Positions 12,601-26,200 of a stretch of 64,000 nucleotides of DNA are shown here, piece by piece. The first letter of the stretch is position 1. Each line of letters begins with the position of its first letter. The DNA lies in contig OZ237744.1 of assembly GCA_965178125.1 (NCBI GenBank), positions 744,001 through 808,000 of the forward strand. The letters are read 5' to 3'. The position numbers and the translations under genes were made by a program. The notes under the pieces were generated by a model, which was not told the DNA's origin, ran no database searches, and saw only the letters and a program-made list of their open reading frames with translations. The DNA comes from Bilabrum cf. latius. Lineage: Eukaryota.

Positions 12601-14098
12601 GGAAACTAGGCCTCTTCCTGCTGGTAGCATTGATGTTGAATCAATGATGAGGCATTTCGGTTTAGGGCTGGATTTCTACACGCACTTCACCAGTCCCATC
12701 AGGAGGTATGCTGACGTAGTGGTCCATCGATAGCTGCGTGGCATTCTCTTTCGCACTGAAAGCGTGGTGGAGCCCAGAGGAGGCGGCTAGTTGACCGTTT
12801 CTGCTGTCTCTCCAACTACGGGTATGCTAAGTCACGCTGCAGGAGCAAAGCCAGCCGCGGCAGTCCCGAGGTCTCTAGCAATGGACATCCTTGGGGACAT
12901 GTCGGATAGCAGCGATTCAGACTCAGATTCAGACTCAGATTTGAACCACGCAGGTATTGCCGTGGCCCTAACACATACTGACGTGAAAGAGCCTTGCATG
13001 ACCACACACAAGAGCGGTGTCTCAGGCTCAGCAAGTGGCGCCGATGCGAATGAGAAGCCTCACACTATCGAAGGTAGCGACCGCCGGACGGATGAAGTAC
13101 TGTCCAGGCTGTGTGTGCACCTGAACGACAGAACCCGGCAAGCTAAGGAGGCTTCCAGGGATTGCGACGACTTGTTCTTGGCAATACTAGTCGGCCGTGC
13201 ACCAGAGCTGCATTCGGGCACCGCATCGAGAATCATGCAGCGAGGCATCGTAGTGTTTGTTCCAGAGCTCGCGCGGCGTGTCTATGTGCCGTTCGTTGAT
13301 GGCGATGGAACAGTAGTCTTGCCGAGGGCCTTGTCCTTGTCCTTCCACGACTCGGAGGGGGCTGTTGAGCCCAGCTCTGAGTATTCCGAATGCTTCAGTG
13401 GCGCGCTGGACCGCGACCATGCGCTCGTTCGTGTACCTGGTGCCACTATCCGCGAATCTGCAGATTGTCTTGAGATTCTAGATTCGATGGGACAAGAATC
13501 CTTCAGAGTAAAGTTACTGGATCCGGTGGCCGTGCTAGTTGCTAGTGATGTTGACAAGGTGAAGGCGCGCAGCCCCAGACTGATCGCTGCCCTAGCTGAC
13601 GGGCTGGATCGCGCAGCAGTAGCTGCTGCTCTGGGTCCACACGACGCGAGTCCCATTGAAGGCCAATCTGAGGTTGCCGAGACTGACGGCGTTCTGCGAT
13701 CCACGGGCATGCGAGCTAAGATTCCGACAGTTCGGGAGGCATTGTAGTGTGCATCCAGCAGTGTCAATCTGCCGGCTGGTGACCACCCAGGCTCATCAAA
13801 AAGTACAAGCCCAGCTCCGTTCCGATCACGCAGCAGAGCGGCGTTCGGCTGTTAGTTATCGAAGGTATTCAAGCGCCGTCCCATGGCTGGCATACAGTAC
13901 GTTGGTGCTGGGGCTGTAGCAACGGGCAGTGCTGATTCGGATACGGGTCTTGGTGGTGCACGAACACAGGCATCCGCTGCACAAGTGAGCACATCGCAGG
14001 CCTCGCGGATAGCTGAGGATTCGCTTCGTCGGCAAGCGAAGCTGAAAGCTGCGAAGCAAGAGAGTAAAGTTCAGAAACGCAAGCGGCAAGGGCGATGA
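9656..14098 (+). CDS. DIS3/Rrp44-family (DIS3L-like) RNase II/RNB exoribonuclease (~1480 aa; start uncertain)
   Basis: YTEHI...[27 protein letters not shown]...RLVVAIDGW...PDGH, RNB active site [66 protein letters not shown](TAG)L. About 13 in-frame TAG (e.g. 10184, 10421, 10730, 10973, 11129, 12419, 12731, 13745, 13853); ends TGA. Confidence 0.9.
10712..10741 (+). repeat. (CAG)6-TAG-(CAG)3 polyglutamine tract in the DIS3-like gene
   Basis: Read directly; the TAG at 10730-10732 is in the coding frame. Confidence 0.95.
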
Positions 14099-14251
14099 AG
14101 ACCTTCATTGATTTTGGTTGTTGCTATCTTGTCACGACACTGTCAGCAAATGGTTTCAGTCAGTTTAATTTGTTGCCCGTATCGAGCTTCATGAATCAAT
14201 ACACCTGCCCCACGAAAATTCCAGATCAGTCTGCGATCCCCAGATATTGCA

Positions 14252-17200
14252 TCACACTGGAAGCAGATAGTCCAAACCGAGCATCGCATCGCATGCGGCC
14301 CGCAGGCGCACATACTGCCGCCGAGGCATCGCTGCTGTGTGCTCGGTTGCTTGCAGCACTGCTTCTACACCTAGAGCCCGGAGCAAACCACGCACACACT
14401 CCCCGGCTGCCTGCATGACTGCTCGTCGTCCTGCTTTCCGGATACGGTCCGTGTTTCCGATCGTGCCGCTCTGAGCAGCTTGCGATAGCGCACGCTCCAC
14501 GGTTCGTCGCAACGGAAGCACCCTCGGACGGTCACCGTCGATCCACCCAGCCGGCAAGCAATCCCAGAGGGCTGACAGCTGCGCGAACGTGCGGCAAAGC
14601 ACGGCCATTCGCCGTTGCAGCCTCGGGTCGACCGAGGGGTCCCTCTCGGGGTCGCAAACCACCAAAAAGCACATCCACACGCCTCTGAGCAAGTCACCTG
14701 CTGATAGTTCCAATGTTCTATCGCTTGAAGATCGCCCAGAATCGTCCGGGGCGAGAAGGGAGCGCCTCGCTCCCGGAGAGGCTGACGGACCCCCATTGAT
14801 ACTGACAGGAGTGGGATAATTCGCATACATGGAAGGTGTAGCCGGGCTACCATCCATGGCAATAGACAGCCGCTGCTGCAAACTAGATGCAGGCGATTCC
14901 GCGGCACCCTTACCACGGTCAGCACTAGCCGGTGCTCGTGGAAGCCCAGCCGCTGAGCGGACGTCAGTGTTGTACATATCGATCGGGGGAGCAGCAAGCC
15001 GGTCCACTTGCGGATGCAACACTAGCAGACCGCCCACCCACGCAGCTACCGGAGTCTGCGGCGGTACCGGCTCCTCTTCCTAGCCGATGCGCCTGATAGC
15101 AAAGAGGTTCGCGTCAACCACGCGAAGGACGCGGGTGAGTCGCATTTGAGCCACAGATAGCGGAGATAGTGGCGGCCTCGGGGCACGCAGCTAGGATCGC
15201 AGGAACGCAAGTCGACTCGCGATCCGCGCAGACTGGGAAGTCCTTGCACCTGCGGACCGCAGCACTCGCTGCATTGCAATGTAGTCTGCGGCCATAGCTT
15301 GCGGATGGGTGCTCGACGCCACCGAGAAGCCCGGTGCGTCGGGAATCTCGGAGAAGCGGTCGAGGTGCCTCAGCACATTCGTTTCTCGAGTCGCGGTACC
15401 AAGGGGCCAAGGAAGGCCGGGGGGCAGTTCCACATACCCCTTACGTACTGCGCCAAATCCGTTCGAAGGGTTTCTTCCCGCGTCCTGGATGCTGCTGCCA
15501 TCGCTACCAGCGGAGCCGCCCTGGTCCCCGAGGACGTCCATGAACGCGCTTTCGTCCATCCGTTGCATGGTCCTAGCGGCATCACCGCCACTAGCTCGAT
15601 TAAGAGCGCGTCTAGCCAGAGTAGCAGCGATATCGGACTTGCACAACACGCACCAGCCCGACTTGCTCCGCGGCATGGTCAGCGTCAGCACTGCTCTGTC
15701 CTCGGAGGCATCGATCAGCTTTTCTCCTGCTTCATCCCTCAGCTTCGCCTGCCATGTTACACTCGAATCAACAGTGGCTGCAGATCTCCCAGTGCCGCAG
15801 CAATAGGCGTCTCTCTCTCCCTCGACTACCTCGCCTTGGCCAGAGGCGTAGTGACTCTCGCGAATCTCGTAGGTTCGCATCACTGAGTTACTTGAAGAGT
15901 GCAGGATCCTGGCGCGCTTGTTTGTGATCAAGAGAACAAAGGGCGCAGACACGTCCCGGAAATCCTCATACTTGTACTGAAATCGCTGCGAGGGCTTTGC
16001 GCTAAACCAATCCGAAGCAGCTGCATGCATGGCCTCTCCTAAACCAGCGGCAGCCTGGCCACTCATGCCCATGCGACCCTCGCCCCTCGCAATTCGGATA
16101 GCCTCACTCGCTGCCTCAGAATCTAGGGAAAGTTGCTTTGCACCAGCACCAGCCGCTGTAGCCTCTGCATCACCAGAAGCTGAAGCGGCTCTACTCGCTG
16201 CAGCGGCCGTTCTACCTTTGCCGCCTTCCGACTCCCCAGCCTAAGCCATCCACGGCCGCAATGCCGGTGTTGGACCTGTCGAGCCAACTGGAATACCATC
16301 GGAGTCCCTGCCAGCTGTAGGCGACCCAGAGCCTTGATTTTCTTCGGCTGACAGGAGGGCATCTTCCATCGCGGCTCGAAGAGTCTCTGAGCGCCAGGCA
16401 TGATCCCAGTGCCGGAGAGACTCCTCGTTCCAGCCGGGCCACCTCGCCTGCATTGACCTGGTGTCTGTACGACCATGCTCTGAAGAGGATTCTGCCGCAG
16501 ATTGGGCCCCAGCTGCCTTTTGGTAGACGCTGATAAGCTCGGCGATTGCTCGAGGAGACTGTCTCTCAACGCCGGAATCGTCAAAATGGCGAGCATCCAC
16601 GACGTAACAGTGGTACACGTACGACTCCCCAAGCGCAACTCCTTGCGACTTAAGAATCCGTAGCCTGGCCCCTCCATCTGCTTCGCGCCAGGAGAATGGC
16701 AAGATCATGCCGGAGGGCCCAACGTACCTCGGGGGGCGTTGCCGCAGCTCCATTTCCTCTGGGGTTCCGATCGTGGAGGCGGTACCAGATAGCATCAATG
16801 AAGTGCCAGCTAGCGCACCGCCAATTGACTTGACAGCCGCCCCTGTGATCCCCAACAGGATACCAACCGGCACCCACGCAGCACCGTGCTTCCTTGAGTA
16901 TCGATACGGCGTCAGTACAATCCCGGTCACACCATGGACAAGGCCATGCACGACAACGTAGCCGCCTTGCCTTACACCTTCCACTACGTGTCGTGGTGGA
17001 GCCTCGTCCGGAGGAGGCATCTAGTCCGGGTCCAGTGCCATCACACCCCTGCCAACCACGCCTGTTACCATGCCGGCCGCTCGGAAGGCAGAGCCAACCG
17101 CGTTCCGAATCAATTTTGAGAATCCCCCAGCGATGCTTGCCCCGGCAGCCGATACAGCTGAGGCTGATGCGCCTACCTTCCTGCCAACCCCACCGATCGT

Positions 17201-20200
17201 GCCTCCCGATGTTGGTACAACCACGGTACCGCTGTCATCTGCCGCGTTCATGCCCACTGCATGCTCCTCCTCAAAGTCATCATCGTTTTCAGCATCCAAG
17301 TTCTGCTTGCCACGAGATGAAGCAAAGCCCGCTGCTGGCTGTTCCAAGAGGTCGACCAGGTCAGTTTTAACTCGGTTGAGGAGTCCCAAGGGGTTTCCCA
17401 GCAGCTCCAGTCTGCCAAGCGATTGAAGCGCTAGGCCAGTTAGAGCAGACTAGATGTTGTCAAGGTAGTGGCTACCAATCGTGCTCTGCACAAGGCTTCC
17501 TGGCTAGAACTCGTTTCGCATCGCAAACGCAGGCAGCACGATCTCGGCACCGTCCACATTCGCAAAAAGGTTTGCAAAGAAGGAGATAACGGGCGCAAGC
17601 CCTCGCATGGACGCAGACGAGCCCACCCAACCCTCGAGCAGTTCTGTGTCAAGATTCACAGCAATGCTCAGCTGCAGAGACACCTCTCTGAGGGACAGAC
17701 TCTGGAAGAACACTCTAGAGTCCGAACCTCCCGTTGCACGGACGGCGTCCTCCAATTTCTGCATAATTGTACTTGCGTTAGCCACACCAGTGCTCTAGGC
17801 ACCGCCGGGTAAATGCCCTAAGTTGGGCACGATTCGCAGCCTCTCTGCCTCTTCGCGCTTCGCGCCAGGTGCAAGCTCACTCTGTAGCGATTCCAGATCA
17901 GGCTCAGAGCCATTGGCTGCTGCTCCCGACGCCGTTCCAAGATGACCGCTGCCTATCGTGGACCCACGAAGCCTCGGCCTTGGGCCACCCGGCGTTCGAC
18001 TTGACTGTTTCCACAAACGAATCAGCAGGCTGTCAAAGCTAGCAGGCGCCTATGATGGCTCCCAACGGTGCAGATGAGCCGGAACTTCGGTACCGTCTCC
18101 AGCTGACGAAGCAGCGCTGAGATCGAAGCCCTCAAGCAGGAATTTTGAGAGGCCTCTGATGAGCGAGTCGTCTATCTTCAGCGACAGGGGCAACAGGCTC
18201 AACTATCCGTCATCCAGATACAGGTCGACACCTGTCCGTAGTCGTCTCACAAAGGCGGCAGCGAGGAACGGGATCCGCTTCGCCGCTCTGAGCTCATCCT
18301 CAGGATTGCTGTCGCTGCCAGCGCCTGAAGCCGCACTCGTTGCAGCCAGCGCAGTCGCGCCGTTCATCAGGTGCTCCGCAGACCCCGCTAGCTGGAAAAG
18401 ATCACGCATGCGAAACAGGGACTAGTTTGCGAATGCGTCCGCTGAACCTGTAGTCTGTCTGCCAATCACGACAGGATGCCTTGCATTCGGCAGCTGATTG
18501 TCCAGCTGCAAGTCCTGCAGTGTCACACCTGCCGCAATCCTACCGTCGAAGAAAGTAGATGCCTGCACTCTCAGATTCATCAGAGACAGGAGCAGCAGCT
18601 CGCGGGGCATGTGATCAAGAATGCTGATCTATATGCCAGGGAATCGAATATCTGTGCTTCGTGAACGACCAACTTGCTAACATGCCCAGATAGGTACCCA
18701 CCTTGCCTGTATACGTGCGCGAACAGTAGGAAGCTGCTGCGCTGCACGTCGAGCACTGCGCCTGTTTGAGCTCGCTCGACCATACTGCTGCCTCTGGGGA
18801 GATCCAGTCGCCGACTCCATCACATCGTCGTATCTGTCACCTTGCAGCGAGGTGACGAACCTTGAGATAGTTTCCCCGGGTGCAAGAGATATCCATCTGT
18901 CAACGATCTCGCCCTGTGAGGGCACGGGAATGGAGGCCCGCACCGCAATTTCGGGATCTCTCATCGAGATTCTATCATCTAGAAGCTTGCGGCTGTCTTC
19001 AAGTCCGCCTTGCTCTCCCAAAAAGTACACTGCAGGCATGGATGACGCCAGACCACCCTTCATGCCGTCATCAGCCTCGCCCCAGCTCCCCAACAGACCC
19101 ATCCCATCCACTGCATGCTCTCTATTCTAGATAACAGCGTTCTCGCTCAGGTGCGTGGAGGAAGACCCATGCCCTTGGCTCGGTGCCCTAGCGAAGAAAC
19201 GAACTGACAGGAACGACTCTTTGCGCGCACGCCTAGCTTGCTAATCTCCTTGGAATGCACCAGCGCTGAAGACTGCAGCTGGCGGCATCATCCCACCTGC
19301 CGGCAGTTGCTGCGATTCCATTGACTTGGATACTATCTGCGGAAGTGGCGGTCGTGGGACAGGCGGAGGAATGCGGTCATTAAACCGGAGGCAGCTGTTC
19401 GTACGGGCCTCTCGGCTGCCACCAGACCCGGGGCTGGGAGCGCTCGTGGAAGAAACGACAGCCCCAGCAACTCCATTACGGACGATCTACCTGGAATGCA
19501 AGTAAACCGTGTCTCTCGGCACATCAAGCTCTGCTTGTCCCTTGCTATCGGTCCCGCCAGGCACAATACCGTCAGCGCAGAGCTCCAAGGCAGAAGCGAT
19601 CGCATCAGGAACAGGAGAAAACCTAAGCTTGAGCCCGCTTCCGAACTCTCCGAGGACCTTTTCCTGCAGAAGAGCATCCCGCACTGTGCGAATCACCAGG
19701 CGCTAAGCCGCCTCGAATGGCATGCCTGCAAGATCCTCGCCATTTACATGAGTAACGACAAGGCCTGCTGTAATGCCAGCTAGAAGCACCTTAGACTAGC
19801 CACTCAGGCAAGATAGCAGCTGATCTGCCTTAACCTGCTTGACGCAAAGATTATAGTGCAGTTGCTTCGCACTACTCTCATGGCTGTCCGCGGCTGCAGC
19901 CGCAATCTATTCCAACGGGTCGGATGTCGGGCCGCCCTCGCCAGCTCCAGATGCGGCACCAAAGGCAATTGCAGCTTTATGCTGCTTCTGAATGGCCATT
20001 CGAGCAGCTATTTCCTCTGGAGTCTCCACTGCAGCGGCGAACTGCAACCCGATCGCGCGGAGCATATCGAGATCGCCGCCATACCCAACTAGTCCACGCG
20101 CTCGCATGGCCGCTTGCGTGGCATTAAACTGCACATCCCACGGCCGCTCAATGCTTGATACAGAGTCCATACCTCCGTGGCTATCCACATGCTCACTGGT

Positions 20201-23200
20201 ACCCAGGAGCACAGTGCCTCGTGGAGTAGCGTGGCGACTTTGTGGCTAGTGACCCTCTACGGTGCCCACTAACCGGAAGGAGGCGTCGAACCCAATCGTC
20301 GCTACATGAGAACGACGTTTGGTCTGACCAGAGGCTACAATGGCGTAGGTACGCTAGGAGCCAAGCGCACTTGCCAGCTGCATTGAGGCTCTTGCAATCC
20401 GTCTTTGCCTGCTTTCCTCTTCTGGAGTCATGCTGACGGCTCCGGACTTCAACGAGCTCAGTGCTGCTGTGCTTTCTTGGAGCTTGCCAAGTGCTACGTC
20501 ACCGGCTCTGCGTGACAGTGAGGTAAGCCCTTGCGTGTCGACGACTCGGACTTCCAACTAATGTCCGACCACCCTCCATTTCTCTTTGCTCAGCCGGATT
20601 TCGACGTCTTCTGGGGCTTCTTCCCGTTCTGCTTGCTGGTCAGTTTTCGTTGTCGCAGCAGTGCCATTGGAGTTATCCGTAGTTCCAAGGGCAGCCTCTT
20701 CGCCGTATCGGTGCCTGCGCGCAGCCTCAAGTGAGCGCCTCTCGGCAATTGCGTCTGCCTTTGCCTCATTGCTGACCACGGATTGCTCGCTGACGTTGTT
20801 ACCGAGCACACCAATCTCCATGTCTGCCCCATCGCCTATGGTTGTCATTCGCACAGTCATGTCATCATTACCAACAGCCGAATCGTTTGATGGATCCAGA
20901 ACGGGTTTTGTGGCTTGACGCACGATGCGACGAGCAAGTGGCGACAGCAGCACCATAGGGTGCCATGCAGGAAGCAGCAGCAACGAAGACACGCCAGAGA
21001 TGCCAGACGCAAGTTCATTGGCAGCTAGCTGGAGCTGATGGAGCGTTTGCATCGCGTTGCCTTGCACGATGGATCGAGGTCCTGATCCACCACTGCTGCG
21101 GAACATGCCACCAGGGCCAGTCAGAGCTCGCTAAAACTTCAGGGCTTCAAGGAGCTTGCGAGCTAGCTCAGGCGTGACGCGTGCTGCAGCAAGCGTAGTA
21201 GCCGCTGCCGACGCTCCACCTGCCTGTAGCTAGGCCACTGGTCGCTGAAGTTGCTGCGCAGCACGCTAGGCCCCTCCGTAGCCCATCTCCGGATCAGCTT
21301 CGAAATCCTCGTCGGGCGGAGTCACTACCGCGTCTCCATTGTTGCCCTCTTTGCGCCTCGATACACCTGACTCAGAGGACCAACTGGAGGCAGAGGACTT
21401 CGTGTCCGCACTTCCAGACGAGTTCGAATGTCTACGAATACGAACGCTACCTTTTGCGACTCTAGACTGTGTAGCGAGCGCCAGGCTGACGCTCTGCCCG
21501 GCTTCTGCTCCCAGACTCCACGTTGGCAACAACTGCAGGCGAGAGAGCAGCGAGGAGGCAAGCGCCCCCTCTTCTGCAGACATGGTTGGGACGTCCCAGT
21601 CGTCAAAAATCCCAAGCTGTGAGATGCAGCGAGAGAGAAAGGTGCTTGCATGAGGCCCAAGTCGGCTGTGGGGAAGTCCCATCTCCCGAGCAGCGGATGC
21701 TTGAATGCCGCCCAGGGCCATCTCAAGCGATGCGTTCAGCTTTGTGGTAATACTGGCCGGTATGACGATACGATTTGCCTCTTCAAGAGCAATTCGCTCT
21801 CCTAACCGCCTGCACAAGCACTCCGTCTCGATGCGAGCTCTTCTCAAAACCCTACGAGCATGCTCAGCGGAGGCCGCTGCAACGTCGGCTGTTCGTAGGA
21901 TACGTAGCCGCACCGAACCCCGAGCCTTCAGCGCACTATCAGGCACCTCAGCGATTGGAAACCACCCATCAACAACAGAGTCCTTGGGAAGCTGCCACAG
22001 CGGCACTCGAATACTCCCCAGAATATCGTTGGAGCTTCCAGTGTCGTAGTCAAACACAGTCACGGACAGCCTAATCGCACCTCCAGGTAGAGACTCGTCT
22101 ACATTGCGTCGCAATTCTTCAGATCTAGAATTTGTACTCCCAAAGCGAGCCCGCATCGATCGCTGCTCGTCTTGCAGCGCGTGGCCTAGCTCGAATGTGA
22201 AACTTTCGCCCCACACAGGATCGAGGGTTTCAGGCACACGGCGCGTGTACAACGGCCTTGGATTAAGGCCATGTGTCAGCTCGACTCGGCAGAATGGATC
22301 GGAGAATTCGTCGCCTGCTGTGTCACCGTCACCGGCTGGCAGCCCAATCGCGCTAACAACCTGCACCCACAGGGTTTCAGGGAGCGAAACCGCTGCTTGA
22401 CTGTTGGCGGACCCGCGTGAACCGTCACCTTGTAACGCGCCACCATTTCTGGATGAGGACTAAGACTTTGACCCTCCTGAAGAGCTAGACTACCCTGGTT
22501 GGTTGCCTACGGCCCCAATCCTGCCCTTGGAAGCTGTTCGGTCTCGCAAAACTTCCAACAGGCGGTGCTATTGCTGCTTGAGCTCTTGATCCAGGCGAAT
22601 AGCCAATGCCACATGCACCTTGCACTCCTAAAGTCTCTCTTTCAGGTATGCGATGCGCTGGTCCGGCTCATTCGGCACGTCTGTAACTCTGATTATCTTT
22701 GTTGGACCCGTGGAAGCGTCGGCTTCGACAGACACAAATAAACGGCGCGTCCCAGCCGCACCGAATGCACCGGGCACCACCTAATGCGACGCCTGTCCCG
22801 TCATCGAGGTGCCACCCATACCTGCACGAGAGCCAACGTATACTGGGCGGATTGGCGTACCTACTGCATTGCAATGCAGTCGGGCAGTACCATCTTCGCT
22901 ACACCACATTCCCCAGTGACCAGAACCGCCATAAGAGGCCTTTCTATATAACGCAGATGGCGCTCTGTCTCGAATACCATCCTCTGCCGTGCCGGCCTCC
23001 ACCCCGCTGCGGATATCCCGCGACAGCGTGTCAAGCGAGTACTCATCTACCAACCCGGAGCCAGAAGCCACGCGAGGCCAGCGATGCACGCCGCCTTCAT
23101 CTCCAGTCAAGGCACACAATCGCAGCACAGTGGCCGCCGATTGCAAACGATTCTTCGAAATTTCTGTACCAATGAGCCCATCTGCCCAGTACAGGAGTCC

Positions 23201-26200
23201 TGCAACTCCCACAGGCTTAGCCTTCAAGATGAGCTCAGGGTTGTCAACATCAGGTCGATCCAGTGCATACATTATGGAGCCCAGTGACTCGAACGCTGAG
23301 CCCAGTGAGCCAGAGCTATTGGAAAGCGCACCGGCCTTACTGCCCACGGCCCGTCGCAACCTGTCAAGAGAGCCTGCGGACAGAGAAGCCATACCCCCTT
23401 GCACCGCACCAGGCGGCAGCCCCGCAGCACAAGGCACTACTTCGGCAGCAGCTGGGCCAGACATGCTTTGCCTCACAAAAAGCTGGTCAACACTGCATTC
23501 GTTTGCAACGATGTACGGCGCGGTGCGCTCCTAAGGAGAATCGTGGCTTGGGTGCCTCAGAACTGAGACTAGCGTCATTGGGCCTGATCGAGAGACTCGT
23601 ATCCGTAGCCACGACACGTCACAGGGTGACACAAAAGGTGACTTTGGAATCACTAGGCTGTGTCTAGGCTCTGCACGCTGTGACAAAAGCGTGGAGGCCA
23701 TCCCCCCTGGCGCGATCCTACTAGTACTCACAGACTCTCGCGTTCCGAGCAGCGTTGACCACGCTGCCTACAATGGGGCGACTTCAAGGCCATCCGCCGA
23801 TGGAGCAGACACGTACGGTAGCATAGCAGGCGGCACCAGTGACTGCATGATGCCAGGTGGTGGCACGATCTTGCTGTTATCATTGATGACAGGGAGGCAC
23901 CCACGGCCTCGCGGGTGCGGCAAAGGGATAACCCCTTCGCTGCTTCGGTGCGGCCCAATCAACCGAGGTCTTATCTTCACGCTGAACTCGCGTTGCTCGG
24001 CAACGTAAAACCCGCCGGACCATTCCCACTTCGAGTCGATGCCTGGCGGTAGAGCAGTGAGGGACCCTTGCGCAAAAAGTCCGTTCGTGCCAAACAGATC
24101 CGGCCACAACGACGAGCGGGTCAGCGGGGAACCCTCGGCGGGTTCGTCTTCCAGCCCTTGGCGAGGCATCTGGGATGGCAGTCGAGGGGACAAGAATGGC
24201 GACGCAGCCGGTTCTGATGCAGCGCCACCACTCCGTCCAAGGTGCCGAGGTGAGCCTACCGTTCGAGAGGAACCCGGTCTTGCAGTAATCAGTCTTGCCT
24301 GTTGCTCGACAGTTGGCTGCACTGACATGCGTCGCGAGGCAGCAAGGAGGCCAAGGCGGAGTTTCGGCTGAGGTTTATCGGAGGGGGCTCCAGAAGCACG
24401 ACTGGCTGCTGCATCGGTGCCAATAGAGCCATCCTTGCCACCACCGTGGCTTGATGGTGAGCTGCCTTTGTGCATGCTTCCTTCACCAGCAATACTCCGC
24501 CCTGCACCGGCGCCATACGCCCCTACAGCCGTATCGTTGTCATCGCTACCATCCAGCATTGCCTTAGCATGCAGCTCCTCTTCGGCCCGCCTCTCAAGCA
24601 GCTCCCAACCAAGTGGCGCTGCTGTGGCCGCAACAGCAGCAAACACACTGGGACCGGCCGTAGGCTCGCCACTACCGACAGCAATCTGCAGCAAGCGATC
24701 AACCTAGCCATCGCCATCTCGGTCTTGTTCGTGCGATACAGCCGCTTCGCTCCATGTAAGAGGTGCATAGGGAGGCAGCTCATCGCCGAGCTGTAAGTCC
24801 AAATTCTCAAGCATCGATTTTGCAGAGCGAGAGTGAGACGCGATTTCTTTCTCGATCTCTGCACTGCTTCGATACTGGTGTTCTATTCCACCGCTCTATG
24901 GAGGTCCCGAACCAGAAGTCTCCGAGGAGCCAATGGAGCACAAGTCGGATACCTTCGCTTCAGGCCCGAAGGCAAGCTTTAAAGCATCGTCGAACTGCTC
25001 GAGCACGATGCGAATGGCACGCCTACGGTGGACACCAGCCTCTAGCTGACGCTTCAGCAAGCCTCGTACGGCAACGCCAAACAGTTGTGACAGCTACGGG
25101 TTCCGGCGTGAAGCCGCCAGCGAGCATTCATCCGCTGCCGGCAATGCGCGATCGTCAGGTAGGTACTATCTGTATGATAGCTCCATATCAGCGCGATTCA
25201 CAACTATGTACCGCGGCACTAAGTTGATGATGCGGCTAACCGCGCCGTATATGCCCGGGGCGGCTTGCACAGATACCGCCACTTCTCGCATGAGACGGCG
25301 CCGCACCATCGCATCTACAACACCTTTATCTGCTCTGGAAGTAGACTTAACCTGAGAAGCGATCAAAGCAAGGTTGTCAGCTTCAGATGCAGTCTGTGCA
25401 GCTGTCGACTGTGCACGTGAGCGAGACGACGCATTTGAACGTACGTCCGATCCATCGGCATCGCCCTCGTGGCCAAAAAGCATGTTAGGAGGCGGGGCAA
25501 CGGTTCTCCATGAGAGTCCAGCTGGAAGTACAGCTGGAGTTGGGGATTCGATGAAAGGCCGGCCGTCCAGGAATGGCGTCACAGGGATGGCATCCACGGA
25601 AGTAAGGGCCGGTTCACCATTCCCGAGGAGGTTGCGGTGGTACCGCGACACCCAGCGCTGCGAAGTCCCTGGCGGTGACTAGATCTCGAGGATGTTTCCG
25701 TTCGCACTCGCGGCAGACACCGGTGCAGCCCATGGCGAGCCAGGCACGGCCATCCGCACGGTCACTGCGTCGTCATGTCGTTTCAGCTGAGACAGGGCAT
25801 CGTTGCTGCTTGACAACAACGTCATCCCAATGAGGCCATGCTTTGACTCGATTGCGGGCAGCTCAAGCATGGAAACCAACGCGGCTTCAGCTGCGGCATC
25901 GCGCCCATGCATGTCAATTACAACGCCGTGCCCTCCTTGAGCAACAACTCTGCCTTGTGCTGAAAGACTGTCTCCAGTAAGTTCTCCGTAGCTAGACTGA
26001 ACCGGCTAGAGTGAAGCTCTGAAGACATGCTCCTTTGTATTGGCCTCTCTCCCGATCACTAGTGGCAGCATCGCGCGGTTGCTGACCCAATAAGGCACTG
26101 ACAGTTGCACATGGGGTGCCCTCTCGCCGTAGTCCTTCATCAGGGCATTGTACGCCTTTGCTGCTTCTTCTTCCTCTAATGATGACAGCCCAGCGACATC

